Shown: positions 20,470 to 30,822 of the stretch, piece after piece
How the letters are laid out: every line of letters begins with the position of its first letter
Numbering within the stretch: the first letter of the stretch is position 1
Assembly (NCBI GenBank): GCA_963820825.1
Contig: CAWGBN010000005.1
Location: 32,001-96,000 of the forward strand
Reading direction: 5' to 3'
Source of the DNA: Vulcanimicrobiota bacterium
GTDB lineage: Bacteria > Vulcanimicrobiota > Vulcanimicrobiia > Vulcanimicrobiales > Vulcanimicrobiaceae
DNA length: 64,000 nucleotides
Translations under genes and position numbers: made by a program
Notes under the pieces: model-generated
Database searches by the model: none
The model's input: only the letters and a program-made list of their open reading frames with translations
Told to the model about the DNA's origin: nothing

Positions 20470-21134
20470 TTCGTGGCTTGACTTCCCGTGACGAAGCGGC
20501 TCTGGACCCGCACGAGGTCGGGCGTTACGGAGAGACCTTCGATCTCGGCACCGGATGCGTCGACCGCAACGGGACGGATCATCTCGTCAATGCTCTTGGG
20601 CTGATTCGGCATCGCGACGTCGGCGCGGACCGAGGCAACCTTACCCAACAGCGAGAGCGGACCGCGAACCACGGCCGAGTCCGGCGCGGTTCCGGTGTAA
20701 CTGACCACGATATCGCTCGGGTGCGTGCCGACGTAGTGCACCGTTACCGGGAACGCGTGCTGCTCGATCCGCTCGACCGTCAACGTCACCGAGGCCGGGC
20801 TCAAGCTCTGCACCACGACGTCGGGCGCCACGAGCTGCACCGGTAAGTTGTACACGCCCGTCGCCTTGTTCGTGAGATCGAGCACCGCCTTGATCTGCTC
20901 CGGCTTGACGGCCGGCTCGCCGCGCTTTGTCGCAACCGTTACCACCGCCTCGCGATCGGTGAAGCGCGCGACGTATCCCAGCGGCAAGTTGACCGGATTG
21001 ATCGGAATCGAGAGCTGCTGGAACTCCGGCGTTGAGACGATCGAGTTGCCGGCGAAGCGAAAATACGCCCAACCGACGAGTGCGAGCGCGAGGGCGAGGA
21101 GTTTGAGCCCGAAATTCTTCTGAACGATCTGCAC
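20466..21134 (-). CDS. cdaR: CdaR/YbbR-like regulator of diadenylate cyclase
   Basis: N-terminal NFGLKLLALALALVGW TM, YbbR-like repeats, position between cdaA and glmM. Confidence 0.85.
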   Translation of the reverse strand: MQIVQKNFGLKLLALALALVGWAYFRFAGNSIVSTPEFQQLSIPINPVNLPLGYVARFTDREAVVTVATKRGEPAVKPEQIKAVLDLTNKATGVYNLPVQLVAPDVVVQSLSPASVTLTVERIEQHAFPVTVHYVGTHPSDIVVSYTGTAPDSAVVRGPLSLLGKVASVRADVAMPNQPKSIDEMIRPVAVDASGAEIEGLSVTPDLVRVQSRFVTGSQATK

Positions 21135-21144
21135 GAGCGTTCTT

Positions 21145-22003
21145 TTAGGAGAGCGTCGACGTGGGCTCTCCACGCGGCGTTCGCAAGCGGGCACGCAGAT
21201 TGCCTATGAAGTCGCCACGGCGGCGCTGGTGGCGCGGAGGCCGGGTGACCGCGAGCAGCATCTTCTCGAGTCGAAGCTCCTCCTCGACGGGACGCGAGAG
21301 CAGCCCGCCGCGTGCGATCGTAATCGCACCGGTCTGCTCCGAGACGACGAGGACGACGGCGTCGGTCTGCTCCGAGAGACCCACCGCCGCACGATGCCGG
21401 GTCCCCAGCCGGCCTTTCGCGAGCGACTGTTCCGAGAGCGGCAAGAAGCAGCCCGCCGCTTCGATGCGGCCTTGACGTACGATGACCGCGCCGTCATGCA
21501 GCGGCGACGCGGGCGCGAAGATTGCCAGAAGCAGCTCCTCGAGAGGTCGGCGTTGAGCATCGTCCCGCTCTCGGCGTAATCTTTCAATCCGCTCTGCTGT
21601 TCGATCACGATCAGCGGCCCCGAGTCGACTCTGCCCGAGCAAAAACGCCGTGCGACCGAGCGTGGCGACGACTGATCCTCGGTGCGCGTCTGCGATCCGT
21701 CCCGATATCGAGCCGAAAGAGACCGCCGCGCCCGATCTGCTCGAGGGCACGGCGCAGTTCCGGTTGGAAGACGATCGGAATCGTGACGGCGGCTCCGACG
21801 ACGAGCAGCCGCAGAATCGTCCCGAGCAAGTAGAGATGAAAGAGCGTCGCAAGTCCGAGCAGACCGAAGAGCACGAGAATGCCGGTGAGTATTTGCACCG
21901 CGCGCGTTCCGCGAATCAGCACCAGCACGTAGTAGACGAGGACGCTGGTTGCGATGACGTCGATCACGTCGGAGATGCCGACGTATCCCAACGGACTAGG
22001 CAC
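21145..22003 (-). CDS. cdaA: diadenylate cyclase CdaA/DacA (three apparent frameshifts ~21700, ~21617, ~21543)
   Basis: TM region plus VFQPELRRALEQIG; IVIEQ; PLHDGAV and GTRHRAAVG catalytic motifs spread over three frames. Confidence 0.9.
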
Positions 22004-22585
22004 GCGGTATCCTCAGCTCGAGGATGCGTTCGGCCTCGATCTCCGGCGTCCGTAAGCCCGATGCCGCGATCTTGGCGACGAGCGAGGCGGAATCGGCGCG
22101 AGCAACTCCGCGGTGCGGCCGCTTGCAAAGCGCTGAAGCTCGACGTCGATCAGCGCGAAGATGACGGCCGGCGCCGTGATCTCCGGATCCCACTCGATGA
22201 CCGCAGCCCCGTCGCTCCGGCGGCAGGCGAGAACGCCGGCCGGGCGGCCGGGCCCGTCGAAAGCGTCGAACAGCCGCGGCAAGGCTTCCGCCACCGCCGG
22301 GGAAACTGCCAATGCAATGATCGCTCCGTCGTACGCCACGGCTCCAGCGGCTTGCTCGATGGCATGCCGGTCGTACCCATCGGGGAGCTCGAGCAGCGCG
22401 TACCAGCGGCGTACCCGAGCGCTCGCGCGCCAAACGGCCGCGCCGCCCTGCCGCGTCACTACTTGGTCGACTGCGGCGCGGCGCGCGTCATCGAGTTCTC
22501 CCTCGGCGCCTAGAGTGAGATAAACCACGGTCGTTTCATCGTTAGCCGTCGAAAGCGTGCAATCTTGCGCGTAGCGTCGACGCAA
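21996..22585 (-). CDS. hypothetical protein (probable frameshift ~22090; start uncertain)
   Basis: Two overlapping frames give a continuous protein-like sequence ending at the cdaA start. Confidence 0.55.
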
Positions 22586-23453
22586 CGAGCGCTCGTCGTC
22601 TCAACCGGAAAGAACTCGGCGCGGATATCCGTCGACGGGGAGAGCCGGTCTGCGGACGGCGCAGTTGCGGCGTATGACCGGCGAACGCTTTATGCCGGTT
22701 CCCGGCGACGTCGTTACGGTGCGTCTTCTCGAAGACGGTCAAGCCCTGGTAGATCGCATCGAACCCCGCACGTTCACGCTCGAACGCCGCAGCGCCGGTG
22801 GACGCGCCAAGACCATGGCGGCGAACGTCGATATGCTGGTCGTCGTTGCCGCGCTGGCAAATCCCGCGCCGCGCCTGGTGACGCTCGATCAACTCCTTGC
22901 CTTCGCGGAAGTGGAAGCCGTCCGCGCGGCCGTCGTCTTCACCAAGCCCGATCTCGCCGATGACGCCCGCAAGGGCGAGCTGAGCGACCTCTACCGGCAG
23001 CTGGGCTACGCGACGATCGTCGTCAATCCGAAGTTAGGTGAGAACGTCGAGGGACTTCGCGAGCTGCTCGCCGGCCATCGCGCGCTGCTCGCGGGAAACT
23101 CCGGGGTCGGAAAGAGCACCATCTTTCGCGCGCTCGGGGGCGAGACGTCGGTCGGTGAAGTCTCGCGGTATGGCCTTGGCCGTCAGACGACGACCGCAGG
23201 GAGGCTCTACCGCATGGGCGACGGGTTCCTTATCGACAGCCCGGGGATCAACGAGTTCGGACTCGGTGCCATCGGAGCAGGGGCCCTTGCGGGGGCCTTT
23301 CGCGAGATGCAGGAGCCGGCACGGCGCTGCCGCTTCACCGACTGCACCCACCTGCAGGAGCCCGATTGTGCGGTCCAGGCGGCCCTTGCCCAGGAGCGGA
23401 TTTCGCCAAGCCGCTACGCGAGCTACCGGAGGATCCTCCTCGAACCGGCCTAG
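22565..23453 (+). CDS. rsgA: ribosome small subunit-dependent GTPase A (probable frameshift ~22650)
   Basis: TKPDL, GNSGVGKST, GRQTTT, IDSPG, CRFTDCTHLQEPDC Zn finger; OB N-terminus is in another frame. Confidence 0.93.
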
Positions 23454-23469
23454 GCCGGCCGCTTTACGC

Positions 23470-23499
23470 TGGACACTCGCGCGAGGCCCCTGCTATGAT
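23470..23499 (+). promoter_or_regulatory. sigma70-type promoter of rpsT (likely leaderless)
   Basis: TGGACA-18 nt-TATGAT with extended TG; GTG start 7 nt downstream and no RBS. Confidence 0.65.
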
Positions 23500-23506
23500 A
23501 CTCGCC

Positions 23507-23794
23507 GTGCCAAATATCAAAGCCGCCGAAAAATGGGTCCTCCAATCCGAAAAGCGCACCACCCGCAACAAGTCCGCAAAGAGCCGGCTAAAGACGCTCT
23601 TTAAGGCGGTCGTCGATGCGGGCGATGCCGCAGCGACGCCACGCGTCGAGAGCGCCTTCGACAAGGCGGCAGGTAAGGGGATCATTCACCCCAACAAGGC
23701 GGCGCGCAAGAAATCGCGGCTCGCCAAAGCCGTCCGGCGAACCGCCGCCGCGCCCGCGAAGGCGACCAAGAGCCGCTCGAGCCGCAAGAAGTAG
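23507..23794 (+). CDS. rpsT: 30S ribosomal protein S20
   Basis: PNIKAAEK...DKAAGKGIIHPNKAARKKSRL. Confidence 0.96.
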   Translation: MPNIKAAEKWVLQSEKRTTRNKSAKSRLKTLFKAVVDAGDAAATPRVESAFDKAAGKGIIHPNKAARKKSRLAKAVRRTAAAPAKATKSRSSRKK

Positions 23795-23809
23795 CCGCCT
23801 CTTCTTTAT

Positions 23810-26191
23810 CTACGGGTCCGCGTTGATCGCCAAGCGCGTCGCGCGATCCGAACGCGCTACGGGAAGGATCCGTTCGCGAACCAGCTCCCGTAACGGCCCC
23901 GGCCTTCTCCCGCGCAGCGCGATCCGATAACGCCATTCGTCATTGAGCCGCGCGATCGGGTATGGCGCCGGGCCGAGAACCTCGGCAACCTCTCCCACGC
24001 GTAAGAGCGCGGCGTACTTCTCCGCCGTCGCGGCGACTCGGCGGCGGTCTCGTCCGATAATGCCGAGATAGAGGAGCCGTTGGGCCGGCGGAAAGCCGGC
24101 GGCCGCGCGCTCGCGCAGCTCGAGATCGGCGAAGCCGTCGTAATCGTGCGTTGCCGCAAATCGAATCGCCGGATGCTCCGGCGCATAGGTCTGCACGATC
24201 GCTTCGCCGCGCCGTGCCCGGCCGCTGCGGCCGCAGACTTGCGCTATGAGTGCGAAGCTGCGTTCCGCTGCACGAAAATCGGGGAGATAGAGCCCGACGT
24301 CGGCAAGCACGATTCCGGCGAGCGTCACCGTCGGATAATCGAGTCCCTTCGCGACCATCTGCGTGCCGACCAGCACGTCGCCATCGCTTTCGAAGGCCCG
24401 CAGGATGCGCGCGTGATCGCCGACTCGCGTGGTCGTATCGGAATCCATCCGCAGCACTCGCGCGCGGGGGAAGAGCCGCTCCACTTCAACGACGAGCCGC
24501 TCCGTGCCGATGCCGACTTCGCGAATCGCGTCGCCGCCGCAGGCCGGGCAACGCGCCGGAATCGGACTCTGATAGTCGCAGTAGTGGCACCTCAGCAGCC
24601 GCTCCGCGCGGTGGACCGAGAGCGCGACGCTGCAGCGCGGACAATGCGGTGACTCGCCGCAACGCCGGCAGAGCAACGCGCCGGCGCTTCCCCGCCGATT
24701 CACGAAGAGCAGGCTCTTCTCACCCCGTTGCAGCCGGTCGGCCAAGCTCTGCACGAGTAGCGCGCTGAAGATCCCACGGCTGCCGCCCTCGAAGTCGCGA
24801 CGCAAGTCGACCACGTGCACCTCGGGAAGCGGTTGCGCCGTCGCGCGCCGGGGTAGCTCCAGAAGTGCGATCCGCCCCGCCTTCGCTGCGGCGTAGCTTT
24901 CCAGCGAGGGCGTCGCGCTTCCAAGTACGAGCACGCCCTCTTCGCGGCGCATCCGTTCGCGCGCGACGGCGACGGCGTGATAGCGCGGTACGGTATCCTG
25001 CTTGTACGATGGATCGTGCGCTTCGTCGACGATCGTCAACGCGACACGCGCGAGCGGCGCGAAGACCGCGCTGCGCGCCCCGACCAGCACGTCGATCTCT
25101 CCGCGAGCGCATGCCTGCCACGCTTCGAAGCGCTCGCGCTGCGAGAGCGCCGAGTGGAGCACGGCAACGCGATTGCCGAACGCGGCTTCGAATCGTTCCG
25201 CAGTCTGCGGCGTCAGCGATATCTCCGGAACGAGCACGATCGCCCGTCTCCCCTGCGCGACGACTGCCTCGATCGCCTTGACGTAGACGAAGGTTTTGCC
25301 GCTCGCCGTTACCCCGTAGAGCAGCGCCGTCGCGAAGCGCCGCCCGTCGAGTGCCTCCGCGATCCATTGTAGCGCACGCTCCTGCTCCGGAGTAGCTTGC
25401 AGCGTCGATGCATTCGTCGTGCCGGCACTCGGGCGCGCCCCCCCCGGCGCGAACCGCTCCCGAAGCGCGCCCGCCCGCACCGCGCGGGCAATGATCGCAT
25501 TGCTGAATCCCCCCAAGACGGCCTCGGCGCGCGGAATGCTTCCGCGCTCCGTGACCAGCGTCACCAGCGCTTCGGCCTTCCGGCCGCGGATCGGCCGATC
25601 GCCCGGCTCCAGCACGCGCACGCGGTACTCGCCCGTTCGCGGATTTACGAGCCGGCGCTCGCGCCGCAGCGCCTTCGCGCGCACGAGCGCACCGACGTAC
25701 CGCAGCAGCGTGCTTCGGTCCGCGATGCGGCGCGCTTCGGGGTGACGCAGCAACTGTTCGAGTGCGAACCCGTCGTCGAGCTCCTCCCAAATCAATTGAA
25801 GCAGGCGCAACGGAACTGAGGGATACCGGCGAGGATTTGCAGCCTCGGCGCGAACGAAGGAATCGCGCATGCGCGGAACCGCGTCCGCCAGCACCACCGC
25901 GCTCAACGCTTCGCCGAGCGTGCAGAGATAGTGCTCGGCCACAAAGGCGGCGAGATGGAGCCCGGTCTCGTCGAAGGCTCGCGGAACGTCGAGCCGTTCG
26001 AGCACCGCTTTGAGCGGCTTGTGCGGCTGCGCCTCGCGCGGTCGCGCAACGACGAAGGCAACGACCTCGCGCCGCCCGAGCGGAACGCGAACCACATCGC
26101 CGACGCGAAGTTCAAGATCCTCGGCGGCGTACGTCAGCGGCAGGTCGTAGCGCGACGATCGTATTGCCGGAAGCGCGTCAACGACGCGCAC
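23810..26191 (-). CDS. priA: primosomal protein N'
   Basis: GVTASGKT, LVPEISLTPQ, DEAHD, Cys-rich region, GTQMVAKGLD; start placed at GTG 26191. Confidence 0.95.
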   Translation of the reverse strand: MRVVDALPAIRSSRYDLPLTYAAEDLELRVGDVVRVPLGRREVVAFVVARPREAQPHKPLKAVLERLDVPRAFDETGLHLAAFVAEHYLCTLGEALSAVVLADAVPRMRDSFVRAEAANPRRYPSVPLRLLQLIWEELDDGFALEQLLRHPEARRIADRSTLLRYVGALVRAKALRRERRLVNPRTGEYRVRVLEPGDRPIRGRKAEALVTLVTERGSIPRAEAVLGGFSNAIIARAVRAGALRERFAPGGARPSAGTTNASTLQATPEQERALQWIAEALDGRRFATALLYGVTASGKTFVYVKAIEAVVAQGRRAIVLVPEISLTPQTAERFEAAFGNRVAVLHSALSQRERFEAWQACARGEIDVLVGARSAVFAPLARVALTIVDEAHDPSYKQDTVPRYHAVAVARERMRREEGVLVLGSATPSLESYAAAKAGRIALLELPRRATAQPLPEVHVVDLRRDFEGGSRGIFSALLVQSLADRLQRGEKSLLFVNRRGSAGALLCRRCGESPHCPRCSVALSVHRAERLLRCHYCDYQSPIPARCPACGGDAIREVGIGTERLVVEVERLFPRARVLRMDSDTTTRVGDHARILRAFESDGDVLVGTQMVAKGLDYPTVTLAGIVLADVGLYLPDFRAAERSFALIAQVCGRSGRARRGEAIVQTYAPEHPAIRFAATHDYDGFADLELRERAAAGFPPAQRLLYLGIIGRDRRRVAATAEKYAALLRVGEVAEVLGPAPYPIARLNDEWRYRIALRGRRPGPLRELVRERILPVARSDRATRLAINADP

Positions 26192-27245
26192 GAAACCGCT
26201 CGGGCTCCTCCCCGAGACGCGCGAGCACCGCTCGAACGCTGCGTTCGGCGCACTCCACGCCGTACTCGACGTCACCGATCGCCCGCGGCAAGACGAAGCG
26301 CAACCGCCCTCCGCGCCTCTTCTTGTCGCCGTGCATCGCTGCGAGGATCGCATCGGGATCCACCGTCGTGCGAAGCGGTAAGCGCAGAAGCGTCAAGAGC
26401 GCCAAGAGGCGCAGGTGCTCGGCCTCGGTGAAGCGCCCAGTCCGCAATGCGAGCAGCCCCGCGGCTCTCAAGCCGATGGCGACCGCGGCTCCGTGTGTGA
26501 CTCGATACTCCGACGCGCATTCGATCGCATGTCCGAAGGTGTGGCCCAGATTGAGCAGCTCGCGCGTACCGGCTTCGAGCCGGTCGTCGGCGACGGTCAT
26601 CGTCTTGACCTTGATCGCCTCCTCGATCACGATGGTCCACGGCCAACGCGCGCGTGGATGCGGCGCGAGCTCTTCGAGCGCATCGAAGAAGTCCCCGCCC
26701 TCGATGACCGCTGCTTTTACGATCTCGGCCAACCCCTCGCGCAGTGCGTTCGCGGAGAGCGTTTCGAGCGCTCCGACGTCGCAGAAGACCGCGACCGGAT
26801 CGCGGAAGGATCCCGCCAGATTCTTGCCGCCGACGAGATCCACGCCCGTCTTGCCGCCGATCGCCGCATCGACCATCGCAACGAGCGACGTCGCCACGTG
26901 CCCGTAACGAACGCCCCGCATATAAATCGCGGCAGCAAATCCGAAAAGATCGCTCGCCACGCCGCCGCCGACGCCGAAGATCAGGCCGCTGCGCTCGACG
27001 CCGGCATCGGTCATCGCCTCCAGCACTCGCTCGACCGTCGAGAGACGCTTGCGGCGTTCACCCAATGCAAAGGCGAGTATCGGCGGCGAACCCAACGCGG
27101 CCGCGACCTCCCGCGCGATCGACGCAACCTGCCGGTTCGCATCGCAAAGGATGAGGCTCGGACGATCGTTCTTACGCGCGAACGCCGATAGTGCCGATCC
27201 GAGCCGTTGACCGACGACGATCGGATAACCGAGGTCGTCGTTCAC
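26178..27245 (-). CDS. aroB: 3-dehydroquinate synthase
   Basis: GGGVASD, DAAIGGKTG, LNLGHTFGHAIE, HGAAV. Confidence 0.95.
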   Translation of the reverse strand: MNDDLGYPIVVGQRLGSALSAFARKNDRPSLILCDANRQVASIAREVAAALGSPPILAFALGERRKRLSTVERVLEAMTDAGVERSGLIFGVGGGVASDLFGFAAAIYMRGVRYGHVATSLVAMVDAAIGGKTGVDLVGGKNLAGSFRDPVAVFCDVGALETLSANALREGLAEIVKAAVIEGGDFFDALEELAPHPRARWPWTIVIEEAIKVKTMTVADDRLEAGTRELLNLGHTFGHAIECASEYRVTHGAAVAIGLRAAGLLALRTGRFTEAEHLRLLALLTLLRLPLRTTVDPDAILAAMHGDKKRRGGRLRFVLPRAIGDVEYGVECAERSVRAVLARLGEEPERFRARR

Positions 27246-27252
27246 CGATGGT

Positions 27253-27765
27253 TCAGCGGTCACGTAACCACTCGAGAATCGCCGCGATGACCTGGGAGTC
27301 GTTTTGCCGCGTCGCATCGATCACGCAGTCGGCGTTCTCGTAATCGCGCATTCGCGCGGCGTAGAGCTCGGTAATGCCCGCGAGCGTAGGGGCCGTTCCG
27401 AGCAGCGGGCGCACCGATCGGCTGCGCTGGATCCGTGCAAAGATCTGCTCGGGCGAAACTTTGATAAAGATGCAGTGGGCCTGCCCGCGCAGGAGCTTGC
27501 GATTCTCCGGAACGGTCAGCGTCCCGCCGCCGAGCGCGATTACGACCGTGACCGGATTCTCCAAGGCCGCGGCGAGCGCACGATGCTCGTATTCGCGGAA
27601 CGCCGGTTCGCCCTCGCCGGCGAAGATCTTCGGGATCGGTCCGTGCTCGCGCACCACCAGCGCATCGGTGTCGAGAAACGTACATGCCAATTTCCGCGCG
27701 AGCTTGCGCCCGATCGTCGATTTTCCCGAAGCCATGAATCCGGCTAGCGCCACGTGGCGCTTCAT
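27253..27765 (-). CDS. aroK: shikimate kinase
   Basis: GFMASGKST, GEPAFR, LGGG, RPLL. Confidence 0.95.
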   Translation of the reverse strand: MKRHVALAGFMASGKSTIGRKLARKLACTFLDTDALVVREHGPIPKIFAGEGEPAFREYEHRALAAALENPVTVVIALGGGTLTVPENRKLLRGQAHCIFIKVSPEQIFARIQRSRSVRPLLGTAPTLAGITELYAARMRDYENADCVIDATRQNDSQVIAAILEWLRDR

Positions 27766-28916
27766 TGCGCGAAGAGATGCGCGGCCGCGTCTCGACTACG
27801 GCGTAGATTGTCGATCGTCTCTTCCAACGAGTCGCCGCCGTACTTCTCCAAGACCGGCGCCATCACGGCGAGCCGCACCATCGCTTCACCGACGATTCCG
27901 GCCGCGGGCACGACGCAGACGTCGCTGCGAACGATGGTCGCGGGGGCATCGGTCCGCGCGTGCAGGTTGACCGAGGGCAACGCTTTCATGAGCGTCGGGA
28001 TCGGTTTGACTGAGACGCGCACGACGATCGGCTCGCCGTTGCTCATCCCGCCTTCGATCCCGCCTGCCCGGTTGCTCGTGCGCACGACGCTCTCGCCTTC
28101 CAGCGCAAAAACGTCGTGCGCCTGCGAACCGGGGGTTCCGGCGACCTCGGCGCCGAGTCCGATCTCGACGGCACGCACCGTCTGCATCCCCATCAGCGCT
28201 CCGGCGAGGATTCCGTCGAGCCGTTGATTCGGCTGGCGATTGCTGCCGACGCCGGCCGGCATCCCGTCGATGCGCACGATGAAACGTCCGCCGAGGGTAT
28301 CGCCGGCGCGTTTCGCTTCGTCGATCGCCGCGATCATGCGATCCCCGGTCTCCCGATGCGGGCAGCGCACGTCGCTGCTCTCGACGTCGCTCTGCTCCCA
28401 CTGCGCGAGCTCGGGCGCTTCGATCGAGCCGATCTTCGAAACGTAGCTGCGCGTGCGAATGCCGAGCGCTGCCAGGAACTGCGCGCAAATCGCGCCGAGG
28501 CAGACGCGCATCGCGGTCTCTCGCGCACTCGCTCGTTCGAGCACGTTCCGAAGGTCGCGCTGACGGTACTTGAGCGCGCCGGCATGGTCGGCGTGGCCGG
28601 GACGCGGATTTGTCAGCGGTTCGCCCGACCCCGATACCGGATCCATCAGCGATCGAACCTTTGGGGTGAGGTAGTCGCGATTGCGCACGATCGCCGCGAT
28701 CGGCGAACCGAGCGTTTCGCTCCCGCGCACGCCGGCCAGGAACTCGACCTCGTCGCGCTCGATCTGCATGCGCGCACCGCGCCCGTACCCCCCCTGACGG
28801 CGCGCGAGCGTTTCGTTGATCTCGTCGAAGTTCAAGCGCAAGCGAGCCGGTATCCCGTCGAGGATTCCGACGAGCGCGGGGCCGTGCGATTCACCTGCGG
28901 TGAGGTACCGGAACAT
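27762..28916 (-). CDS. aroC: chorismate synthase
   Basis: TAGESHG, RPGHAD, ERASARETA, RSDV. Confidence 0.97.
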   Translation of the reverse strand: MFRYLTAGESHGPALVGILDGIPARLRLNFDEINETLARRQGGYGRGARMQIERDEVEFLAGVRGSETLGSPIAAIVRNRDYLTPKVRSLMDPVSGSGEPLTNPRPGHADHAGALKYRQRDLRNVLERASARETAMRVCLGAICAQFLAALGIRTRSYVSKIGSIEAPELAQWEQSDVESSDVRCPHRETGDRMIAAIDEAKRAGDTLGGRFIVRIDGMPAGVGSNRQPNQRLDGILAGALMGMQTVRAVEIGLGAEVAGTPGSQAHDVFALEGESVVRTSNRAGGIEGGMSNGEPIVVRVSVKPIPTLMKALPSVNLHARTDAPATIVRSDVCVVPAAGIVGEAMVRLAVMAPVLEKYGGDSLEETIDNLRRSRDAAAHLFAQ

Positions 28917-29640
28917 CGCTCGCTGCTTCGGCAGAGCGCAGCGGGCCTACTTCAGCACAGCTTTTCAGACGCTCCAGAGCGGCTCGATGCAACCGAGTGA
29001 GGTGGCGCCGCGAGTAGCCCAGGCGCGCGGCGAGTTCGACCACGCTGATCCCGTCGATGTGAATCGCCGTAACGATGCGCTGCTGCAGCGGCGAAAGCAC
29101 GGCGAGTATTCGTTCGACGGTCAGCCGGTCGAGCAGATCGTCGATCTCACCGGGGAGCGCGCGCCGTTCGCAGCCGCCGAGCACCTCGAAGGATACGGTC
29201 GACCTGGTCGCGCGATAGGTTCGAACTTCGCGCGCCTGTGCCGGCGTCGCCGCGATGAAGGCAGCCACGTCACGTTCCGTGGGCTCGCGCCCGAGCGAAG
29301 ACCACAGGTCGCGCTCGGCCGCCGTCCACCGGCGATCGAGTTCGCGAAGACCGCGCGGCGCCCGCACGAAGCGTTCGCTGTCGCGGACGTAATGCATCAG
29401 CTCGCCGACGATGAGCACCCAAGCGTAGGCCTCGAACGGTGCGCGCTGGAGGGGATCGTATCGATCGACCGCCTTGATCAGGCCGATCGCGCCGACTTGT
29501 TCGAGGTCCGCACGATCGAGGCCGCGGCGCAGAAACCGGCGCGCCGCACGACGGCAGAGATACCAGTACTCTGCAACGAGACGGTCGCGCTGAACCGGCC
29601 GGCGCAACGGCGTTGCACGGAGATGAAGAGCCACACCCAA
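28891..29640 (-). CDS. SigB/SigF/SigG-type group 3 sigma factor
   Basis: DLEQVGAIGLIKAVDRYDP, GELMHYVRD, LGREPT, region 4 HTH. Start uncertain. Confidence 0.85.
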   Translation of the reverse strand: MGVALHLRATPLRRPVQRDRLVAEYWYLCRRAARRFLRRGLDRADLEQVGAIGLIKAVDRYDPLQRAPFEAYAWVLIVGELMHYVRDSERFVRAPRGLRELDRRWTAAERDLWSSLGREPTERDVAAFIAATPAQAREVRTYRATRSTVSFEVLGGCERRALPGEIDDLLDRLTVERILAVLSPLQQRIVTAIHIDGISVVELAARLGYSRRHLTRLHRAALERLKSCAEVGPLRSAEAASDVPVPHRR

Positions 29641-29796
29641 ACCTCTTCTAGTAACTTAGACGGCGCCCGCCCGAGGACGGAAGCCGTTGTTTCAACGTTA
29701 TATAGCACGCGCGTCGAAAGTGCAAGAGCAGATTGGGCGCAGTTATGACGGCCGGCGCGTCGAAAGCTCGTGTGGTCTAAGAGAGGAGCGCTCGAG

Positions 29797-30795
29797 ATGG
29801 CGCGTTTTCCCGCGGCTTACGTCTATGGAACGGCTCTCGCCTCGCTGTTGACGGGATGCGGCAGCGGCACGCCGGCCTCCCTCGCGCCGCCGAGTCAAAG
29901 CGCGCTTGCCACGAGACCGGCGGCGCACTCAGCGAGGCCGTTTACCGGCCGGTCGTGGATCTTGCCGGGTGCGAAGAGCACGGCGTTGGTGTACGTTGCC
30001 GACGATGGCGCGTCTACCGTGAGTATCTACTCCGATCCCGCATGGCAGCCACTCGGCGCGCTGCTCGGCTTCAACGAACCGTGGCACCTATGCCTCGACG
30101 CGGCGCAGGACGTGTACGTCGTCGATCTCGGAACGAAGCTCATCACCGAGTACGCGCACGGCAGCGTTGCGCCGGTGCAGACGTTCGACGACAGCCAAGG
30201 GGAGCCGATCGCTTGCGCCGTCAACCCCGTCACCGGGGACCTCGCCGTCGCGGACGTCAACGGGCCGAACGATGCTCCGGGCGACGTCGTCGTCTATCAC
30301 AGCGCCAAACGAAGTCCGAGAAAATATACGGTACCGGGGTTCTACAACTACTTCAGGGTCGCGTATGACCCAAGTGGAAACCTCATCGCCGAAGGGAGCG
30401 ACAAATTTATCTATCAATCGTATCTAGCGGAGCTTCCAAATGGTGGACGCGCGTTCGAACCGCTCACGCTCGATCAGAACATCGCGTGGGGCGACCTTGC
30501 CTGGGATGGCAGGTTTATGACGGTTGCCTACTCGCAAGGCGAGAGTACCTTCATTTATCGGCTCAAGATCTCCGGGTCGAACGTCACCGTCAAAGACTCG
30601 ACGTTCTTATCCAATGCCGAGCTGAATTCGACGTTCTTCGAGGAGAGCAACTCGAAGACTCCCCACGCGATCGGCGTCGTTGGAACCAACGGCGAGGCGG
30701 GCACCGTCGGTGAGTGGGATTATCCGGCGGGCGGCGCACCAAACGTAACCATCAGCGGTTTCGACTACCCCGACGGCGTGGTCGTGAGCCAATGA
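29797..30795 (+). CDS. NHL/beta-propeller-like lipoprotein
   Basis: LTGC lipobox; repeated VYVAD / CAVNPVTGDLAVAD / YDPSGNL blades; GAGGAG RBS. Confidence 0.75.
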   Translation: MARFPAAYVYGTALASLLTGCGSGTPASLAPPSQSALATRPAAHSARPFTGRSWILPGAKSTALVYVADDGASTVSIYSDPAWQPLGALLGFNEPWHLCLDAAQDVYVVDLGTKLITEYAHGSVAPVQTFDDSQGEPIACAVNPVTGDLAVADVNGPNDAPGDVVVYHSAKRSPRKYTVPGFYNYFRVAYDPSGNLIAEGSDKFIYQSYLAELPNGGRAFEPLTLDQNIAWGDLAWDGRFMTVAYSQGESTFIYRLKISGSNVTVKDSTFLSNAELNSTFFEESNSKTPHAIGVVGTNGEAGTVGEWDYPAGGAPNVTISGFDYPDGVVVSQ

Positions 30796-30822
30796 GCGCT
30801 GTAGCCGAATCCATTTGACCGT

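Noticed and set aside
4763..23453. Pseudogenes or programmed frameshifting in mlaD, panE, the peptidase, cdaA and rsgA
   Set aside because: Single-base indels, mostly in short homopolymers, with all motifs intact; best explained as sequencing error.
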